Shown here one piece after another: positions 59,132 through 63,987 of a DNA stretch of 63,987 bases. The stretch is taken from assembly GCA_964490075.1 (NCBI GenBank), contig CAZBBK010000030.1, positions 1 through 63,987 on the forward strand. Reading direction: 5' to 3'. The stretch comes from an uncultured Gemmatimonadota bacterium (lineage in GTDB: Bacteria > GCA-2686955). Numbering within the stretch: the stretch's first letter is position 1; every line of letters begins with the position of its first letter. Under the pieces are notes generated by a model that had not been told where the DNA came from, searched no databases, and worked only from the letters and a program-made list of their open reading frames with translations. The translations under genes and the position numbers were made by a program.

Positions 59132-60174
59132 GCTGGCGGACGAGAACGACCTATCTGGCGCTGGCGGCGCTCTCCTCTTTCCGCCTCGCCGCGGCCGCCC
59201 CCCCCGTCCTGCCCGACACGCCGGAGTTTCGCGAGCGCTTCGAGTCCCGGTCCTCCTCCGACCGGCTCGTCGTCCACACGCCGCGCGAGCTGACGCTGCC
59301 CCGGGAGTGGCTGAGAGAGCGTGCCGGAAGGGCACTGATCCGGCTCGAAGAGGAGTCCGGCCTGTGCGCCGGAGCGCCGATCGACGTGGTCTTCGCCGGC
59401 AGCGAGGAGATCTTCCACTGGGTCACGGGCGGGCTGGTTCCCGAGTGGGGAACCGGCGCCGCGCTCTCCGAGCAGCGTCTGATCGTCGTGCAGTACTCCG
59501 ATCAGCCCGAGCGACTACCGAGCGAGCTGGAGCGCGTGCTGATGCACGAGTTCAGCCACGTCTTGCTGAGTGCCCTGCAGACTCCGGCGCCGCGGTGGTT
59601 CGACGAAGGCCACGCCATGTTCCGCTCGCAGCAGCCCGATCCATCGACGCTCCTGACTCTGGCCCGGGCGGCGGTCTTCGACCGGTTGATCCCGCTGCCC
59701 GCGCTCGCCGACTCCTTCCCCACCTCCATCGCCCTGGCCCGACTGGCCTACGCCCAGAGCTACGACGCCGTGCGCTGCATCGAGGAATGGTGGGGCCACA
59801 ACGCGGTCGAGTGGCTGTTGAGCGACCTCGCCGCCGGAATGTCGTTCGACCAGGCCATGATGCGCGCCACCGGCCACTCACCGGCCGTATTCGGCGCGCT
59901 CTGGGCACAGCGGGTGCGCGCCCGCTACGGGCTACTCGACGCGCTGGGCGGCGGAACCCTGCTCTGGGCCCTGCTCGCGCTGGTGGCTCTGCTGGGCGCG
60001 GTGGGCCGGCGGATGCGCCTGCGGCGCCGGCGCCAGCGAATGGATGATTCCGATCCGCTTGACGAGCCTTCCCCCGGTCGGTCAGACTATGGCCCTTCCG
60101 GTCGTCCCCCGTCCGAGCCTTCACCGCGTACCGATGGGCGCTTCTTGGAGGGTGGCGGCACCCCGGAGGGCTAG
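59125..60174 (+). CDS. Peptidase MA-like zinc metallohydrolase with C-terminal TM
   Basis: HEFSH (HExxH), PRWFDEG, AYAQS. Confidence 0.8.
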   Translation: MLSWRTRTTYLALAALSSFRLAAAAPPVLPDTPEFRERFESRSSSDRLVVHTPRELTLPREWLRERAGRALIRLEEESGLCAGAPIDVVFAGSEEIFHWVTGGLVPEWGTGAALSEQRLIVVQYSDQPERLPSELERVLMHEFSHVLLSALQTPAPRWFDEGHAMFRSQQPDPSTLLTLARAAVFDRLIPLPALADSFPTSIALARLAYAQSYDAVRCIEEWWGHNAVEWLLSDLAAGMSFDQAMMRATGHSPAVFGALWAQRVRARYGLLDALGGGTLLWALLALVALLGAVGRRMRLRRRRQRMDDSDPLDEPSPGRSDYGPSGRPPSEPSPRTDGRFLEGGGTPEG

Positions 60175-60250
60175 TCTAATTGGTAAGGCGGCGGTCTTGA
60201 AAACCGCTGGGTGCAAACCCTTGGGGGTTCGAGTCCCTCGCCCTCCGCCA
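60165..60250 (+). tRNA. tRNA-Ser(TGA)
   Basis: ggagggc/gccctcc-G-CCA, gcggt-ctTGAaa-accgc, long variable arm. Confidence 0.95.
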
Positions 60251-60332
60251 ATCTTCCGACACACCGGCGTTGCCCGGCCACCGGCGGTGTGGAGCGCAGG
60301 GGCGTGACCCGGCGCGACAACTCAATAGCCGT

Positions 60333-60422
<90 letters not shown>

Positions 60423-60656
60423 GCCCCGCCGCCCCGGGCCGATCGGCTCGGGGCGGTTGGCGTCTGTGTCCGATCCCGCCCGCGGGGCGGCGTGTTAGCC
60501 TCGATGGGCTGCGGCAGTGGGCGCGATTTCGCTGCGCCGATGCGGTGCGCATCGCCTACGATGTGCTTGGCTAAACTGGACTAGCGGGCTCCGATTTAGC
60601 AGGAGCCCAGCCCTCGCACCGAGTCCGCGCCCAATGGCCGGCTTCGCCGAGAGACC

Positions 60657-62189
60657 ATGCGTGTTTTTCTGATCAACCCCGACTCCCAGATCGAGGAGAA
60701 AGTGGGCGGGCGTTTCGCCCGCTACGCCATCCCGGTGCCCCCCCAGGGCATTACCTACCTGGCGGCGCAGCTGCTGCGTGCCGGCCACCAGGTCCACTGC
60801 CACGATCAGTACGCCACCAAGATCTCCAATCGCGAGCTGGTCGACCTGATCGAGCGCTTCGCCCCCGACGTCGTCGGCTTCTCGGTCATCACCCTGGCCA
60901 TGAGCTCGGTTCGCGAGGCGGTTCGGCTGATTCGCGCGACCATGCCCAACGTGAAGATCGCCCTGGGCAACGTCCACGCCACGGTCTTCCCGGAGGAGCT
61001 GCTGAACAACGGCCACGCAGACCTCGTGGTGCGCGGAGAGGGCGAGGCGACCTTCCTCGACACGGTCGACACCCTGCAAGCGTGCGGCGACCTCGCGTCG
61101 GTCGCCGGACTCTCCTTCCTGCGTGATCAAAGCCCGGTCCACAACCCCGATCGCCCCACCATCGCCGATCTCGACACGCTCGCGTTCCCGGCCTGGGACG
61201 GCCTCGACATCGACCTCTATCGCTGTGTCTCACTGCCGCTGAAGATCTTCGAGGGAACCCGCCCTTTGCCGATCCTCGCAGCTCGCGGCTGCCCTTTCCA
61301 CTGCAGCTTCTGCGCCCAGGACTTCGCCGGCAAGCGCCTGCGCACCCGCGATCTGAACAAGGTCTGCGACGAGATCGAGTCGAGCATCGAACGCTACGGG
61401 GCCGACTGCTTCGGCTTTCTCGATGCTTGTTTTCCGGTGAGCAAGCGCCAGGGGCTGGAATTCGCCGAGATCTACATGCGCCGCGGCCTGCACAAGAAGG
61501 CGATCTGGTTCACCGAGACTCGGGTCGACCTGGTCGACGCGGAGGTGCTGGAAGCGATGCGCGAGGCCGGTTGCCGAATGATCCAGTACGGCTTCGAGAG
61601 CGGCTCCGATCGAGTGCTGCAAGCCATCAACAAGGGAGGCCGGGCCACGACGGAGCGGGCGCTGCGGGCGATGCGCGACACCAAGAAGGCCGACATTCTG
61701 ACCTTCGGCCTGTTCATGATCGGCTCGCCAGGAGAGACTGAAGAGGACTGCAACAAGACCATCAGCTTCGCGCGCAAGCTCGACTGTGACATGGCCAAGT
61801 TCAACCTCGTGGTTCCCTACCCGGGATCGGAGCTCTTCGAGCAATTTCGCGCCCGTTACGAGCAGAGCGGTTTCGACGAAAACCGAGTCACCGGCTTCTT
61901 CGATTGGTCCGATTTCTCCGGCGATCTGATCTACGTGCCCGACGGCATGAGCTCGGAGCAGCTGATCCGCCTGCAAAGAAGGGCGCTGCTGCGCTTCTAT
62001 CTGCGCCCGGCCCTGGTGTGGCGCTATCTATCGCGGCGAATCCTGAGCTTTACCGAGCTGGCGATCGGGTCGATCAATCTCTTGTTCGAGGTGCTGCGAC
62101 ACCAGCGCTGGACATCCCGCAAGGCCTCCGGAGCCGCCCCGACCGGAGAGATCGGCCCCGCTCTTGACTTGCCACCCGGGGCTGGCTAA
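60657..62189 (+). CDS. Cobalamin-binding (class B) radical SAM protein
   Basis: PPQGITYLAA, PDVVGFS, VRGEGE, RGCPFHCSFC, GFESGS, FMIG.PGET, PYPGSELF. Confidence 0.92.
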   Translation: MRVFLINPDSQIEEKVGGRFARYAIPVPPQGITYLAAQLLRAGHQVHCHDQYATKISNRELVDLIERFAPDVVGFSVITLAMSSVREAVRLIRATMPNVKIALGNVHATVFPEELLNNGHADLVVRGEGEATFLDTVDTLQACGDLASVAGLSFLRDQSPVHNPDRPTIADLDTLAFPAWDGLDIDLYRCVSLPLKIFEGTRPLPILAARGCPFHCSFCAQDFAGKRLRTRDLNKVCDEIESSIERYGADCFGFLDACFPVSKRQGLEFAEIYMRRGLHKKAIWFTETRVDLVDAEVLEAMREAGCRMIQYGFESGSDRVLQAINKGGRATTERALRAMRDTKKADILTFGLFMIGSPGETEEDCNKTISFARKLDCDMAKFNLVVPYPGSELFEQFRARYEQSGFDENRVTGFFDWSDFSGDLIYVPDGMSSEQLIRLQRRALLRFYLRPALVWRYLSRRILSFTELAIGSINLLFEVLRHQRWTSRKASGAAPTGEIGPALDLPPGAG

Positions 62190-62192
62190 GTT
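62164..62192 (+). promoter_or_regulatory. Sigma70 promoter for tRNA-Gln
   Basis: TTGACT-N17-TAAGTT. Confidence 0.6.
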
Positions 62193-62228
62193 TCCCGCGG
62201 CAGTCCTACCATGCCAATCATCTTCCGC

Positions 62229-62302
62229 TGGGGAGTCGTCTAGAGGTAGGACACAGGATTCTGGTTCCTGGTGCCGGGGTTCGAATCCCTGCTCCCCAGC
62301 CA
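62229..62302 (+). tRNA. tRNA-Gln(CTG)
   Basis: tggggag/ctcccca-G-CCA, cagga-ttCTGgt-tcctg, GTTCGAATC. Confidence 0.97.
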
Positions 62303-62329
62303 ACTTACACCGGTACCGCGGTTCACGTA

Positions 62330-62358
62330 TTGACACCGCGTACCGGCTCGCGCATAAT
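62330..62358 (+). promoter_or_regulatory. Sigma70 promoter for tRNA-Glu
   Basis: TTGACA-N17-CATAAT. Confidence 0.75.
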
Positions 62359-62438
62359 TCTCATGCGCATTTCGACCAGAGGTCGGTCGTGCGGGCCGGC
62401 GGGTTTTGACCCGCTCCGCTCGATCGCCCAGTCTTTGT

Positions 62439-62514
62439 GGCCCCTTCGTCTAGTGGCCTAGGACGGGTGGTTCTCAGCCATCAAACAGGGGTTCGATTCC
62501 CCTAGGGGCTACCA
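62439..62514 (+). tRNA. tRNA-Glu(CTC)
   Basis: ggcccct/aggggct-A-CCA, ggtgg-ttCTCag-ccatc, GTTCGATTC. Confidence 0.96.
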
Positions 62515-62539
62515 ACTCTACTTCTTCGGAAGTGCTAGG

Positions 62540-62581
62540 AAGACCGGAAGCTGGTGAAAACCATGGCTTTCGGTCTTTTTT
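62540..62581 (+). terminator. Intrinsic terminator after tRNA-Glu
   Basis: aagaccggaagc ... gctttcggtctt stem followed by a T run. Confidence 0.7.
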
Positions 62582-62606
62582 GCGTGCGGTGGGGTAGACT
62601 CCCACC

Positions 62607-62855
62607 ATGAAACTCGACCCCGCCGATCTCAGAGCGTATGCACGGCGCGACTGGTCGGCCCTCGAGGCGCGGTCGAGAAGAGCTCGCGCCGCCCTGCCAC
62701 CGGCGCAAAAAGTGGCGGTCGCCATCGCGCTCTACGAGAGCGCGCGCGCCACGCTCCCAGGCTGGCCCACGGAGGCCGATCGGCGGCGAGATCTGCAGGA
62801 TACGCTTCGATTGCGCAGGCTCCTGGACCGCGCTTCCCATGTCGGCGCTCGGTGA
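62607..62855 (+). CDS. Small helical protein, putative partner of the downstream nucleotidyltransferase
   Basis: 82 aa, overlaps the next gene; GWPTEADRRRDL. Confidence 0.65.
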   Translation: MKLDPADLRAYARRDWSALEARSRRARAALPPAQKVAVAIALYESARATLPGWPTEADRRRDLQDTLRLRRLLDRASHVGAR

Positions 62856-63402
62856 TCTGCTGGGCGCCTTGGCGCCCGTGCTGGACCGGCACGCCGAAGG
62901 CTGGTTCCTTTTCGGCGCCCAGGCAGTTGCGGTTCGAGGGGCCCCCAGGGCCACCCAGGACGTCGACATCACGGTGAAGATCGCACGCGCGCGGCTTCCG
63001 ATGCTGATCGAAGAGACACAAACGATCGGATTCGCTCCCCGGTTTCCGGAGCTGGCCGAAGAGCTGCTGCGCGCAGGGGCCGTGATCCCCCTGACCCACC
63101 AGCCATCCCATATGGATGTCGATCTTGTGTTGGCGGGTTCCGGTCTCGAGGACCTGGCCCTTTCGCGGACGACGCGGATGGCGCTGGATGGGGTTTCGGT
63201 GCCAGTGGCCCACGCCACCGACCTCGTCGTCATGAAGGTGCTGGCCGGCCGCGGAAAAGACCTGGACGATGTGCGCTCCCTGCTGGCCACGGGGGAAGTG
63301 GACCGCGACGAAGTGCTGGACCTGCTCCGGCAGCTCGAGTCGGCTCTGGGCCAGTCAGACCTGATGCCGCGCTTCCTGGAGGCGGTGGCGGAGGCCGACT
63401 GA
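62839..63402 (+). CDS. Pol-beta-superfamily nucleotidyltransferase (DUF6036/AbiEii-like)
   Basis: FLFGAQAV..RGAPRATQDVDI, VDLV, DLVVMK.LAGRGKDLDD. Confidence 0.85.
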   Translation: MSALGDLLGALAPVLDRHAEGWFLFGAQAVAVRGAPRATQDVDITVKIARARLPMLIEETQTIGFAPRFPELAEELLRAGAVIPLTHQPSHMDVDLVLAGSGLEDLALSRTTRMALDGVSVPVAHATDLVVMKVLAGRGKDLDDVRSLLATGEVDRDEVLDLLRQLESALGQSDLMPRFLEAVAEAD

Positions 63403-63776
63403 AGGGCGGGTGTTCTCGCTCCGGCGCTCGACTGAAAGAGATGGAGTCCGGACTCCGTGGCGCCGCCCGGGTCCTCGCGCCCGTGTTCGAGCGCACATTG
63501 TGGTTCCCTGGAGTCTGCGCGCGCCGATGCGCTTCCAGGGAGCGGCTACGTGCCGCAGCGAGTGCGGGTCAGCACGATCCCCGATGTGGGCTGTCCAGCG
63601 CGCCGCATGGCAGCGCATTCCCCTGGGTCAAACCTGGCCCAACCACATCCGCACGGGTACGACCTCGTCCAGCTTCATCCCAATAGAGCCGACGCGAACC
63701 GTAGACAGCGCTCGCTCCATGTGGTTGGAGGTGCGGAACCTCAGCGTGGAGAAACCCAATGAAGTCGGAGGCGCCC

Positions 63777-63938
63777 ATGCCGGATGATGATCGCTGGCTG
63801 TCGGTGGAGGAGATCGCGCAGTACCTCGGCGTGAGCCGCGACGCCGTCTACGCATGGCTGAGCAAGAAGGGGCTCCCCGGGCACAAGATGGGGCGGCTCT
63901 GGAAGTTCAAGCGCGACGAGGTCGATGCCTGGGCTTAG
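63777..63938 (+). CDS. Excisionase-type HTH_17 DNA-binding protein (Mad1-like), below the ORF track cutoff
   Basis: MPDDDRWLSVEEIAQYLGVSRDAVYAWLSKKGLPGHKMGRLWKFKRDEVDAWA*; GGAGG RBS. Confidence 0.85.
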   Translation: MPDDDRWLSVEEIAQYLGVSRDAVYAWLSKKGLPGHKMGRLWKFKRDEVDAWA

Positions 63939-63987
63939 ACGCTCGCCAGAATTGACCCGGGTCCGCTCACGAGAATTGACCCACTTG
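63935..63987. mobile_element. Probable IS21-family terminal region at the window end
   Basis: Two 19-bp direct repeats cgctcgccagaattgaccc (63940) and cgctcacgagaattgaccc (63964) resembling IS21 subterminal repeats. Confidence 0.6.

Noticed and set aside
60165-60250. Selenocysteine or suppressor tRNA
   Set aside because: The anticodon is TGA (reads UCA, Ser), not TCA, and the 7-bp acceptor stem is normal.
60430-60656. Cobalamin riboswitch upstream of the B12 radical SAM gene
   Set aside because: Hairpins are present, but the conserved GGGAA..GGTG.AA.TCC, GCCCCCGC.ACTGT and B12-box elements are not.
63410-63787. Several short ORFs between the nucleotidyltransferase and the HTH gene
   Set aside because: No motifs or consistent codon bias; probably non-coding or remnant DNA.

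Overview
High-GC bacterial contig end; the phylum cannot be fixed from sequence, although the FlgD/T9SS-like secreted proteins, Thr-type sulfatase-like proteins and kinase-sigma54 fusion resemble Acidobacteria or FCB-related candidate phyla. 1-13.9 kb: envelope and metabolic genes (asnB, decayed ArnT-like gene, orphan DNA methyltransferase, two SAM methyltransferases flanking a GH13, USP, an ECF sigma/anti-sigma/bactofilin-like operon, a sulfatase-like gene). 13.9-33 kb: a tightly coupled minus-strand defence operon with a DISARM-like core (DrmD-like SNF2 helicase, 1601-aa N6-adenine methyltransferase, 2011-aa DEAD/DUF1998 helicase carrying nuclease-like and S24-like tails) but no DrmC PLD. 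Cargo lies between the methyltransferase and the helicase: YhcG, an ABC-type ATPase(DUF3696)-PIN-RNA ligase trio and a decayed AlbA_2 gene. Both outer cargo genes sit beside leftover duplicates of the neighbouring core-gene terminus (methyltransferase 3' end, helicase 5' end), which points to a cassette-stacking hotspot. 33-35 kb: gene fragments and two 51-bp-period palindromic repeat arrays. 35-52.6 kb: sulfatase-like gene, GT4, kinase-TPR-GAF-sigma54 activator with a downstream sigma54 promoter, diguanylate cyclase, hybrid histidine kinase and large secreted proteins. 52.7-62.5 kb: housekeeping block (tRNA-Leu, tig, clpP, clpX, engB, cysteine desulfurase, mnmA, peptidase, two tRNA-Ser, B12 radical SAM, tRNA-Gln, tRNA-Glu). 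62.6 kb-end: start of a probable tRNA-Glu-anchored island (nucleotidyltransferase pair, Mad1/excisionase-like HTH, IS21-like end at the window edge). All calls come from motif reading only; no searches were run.
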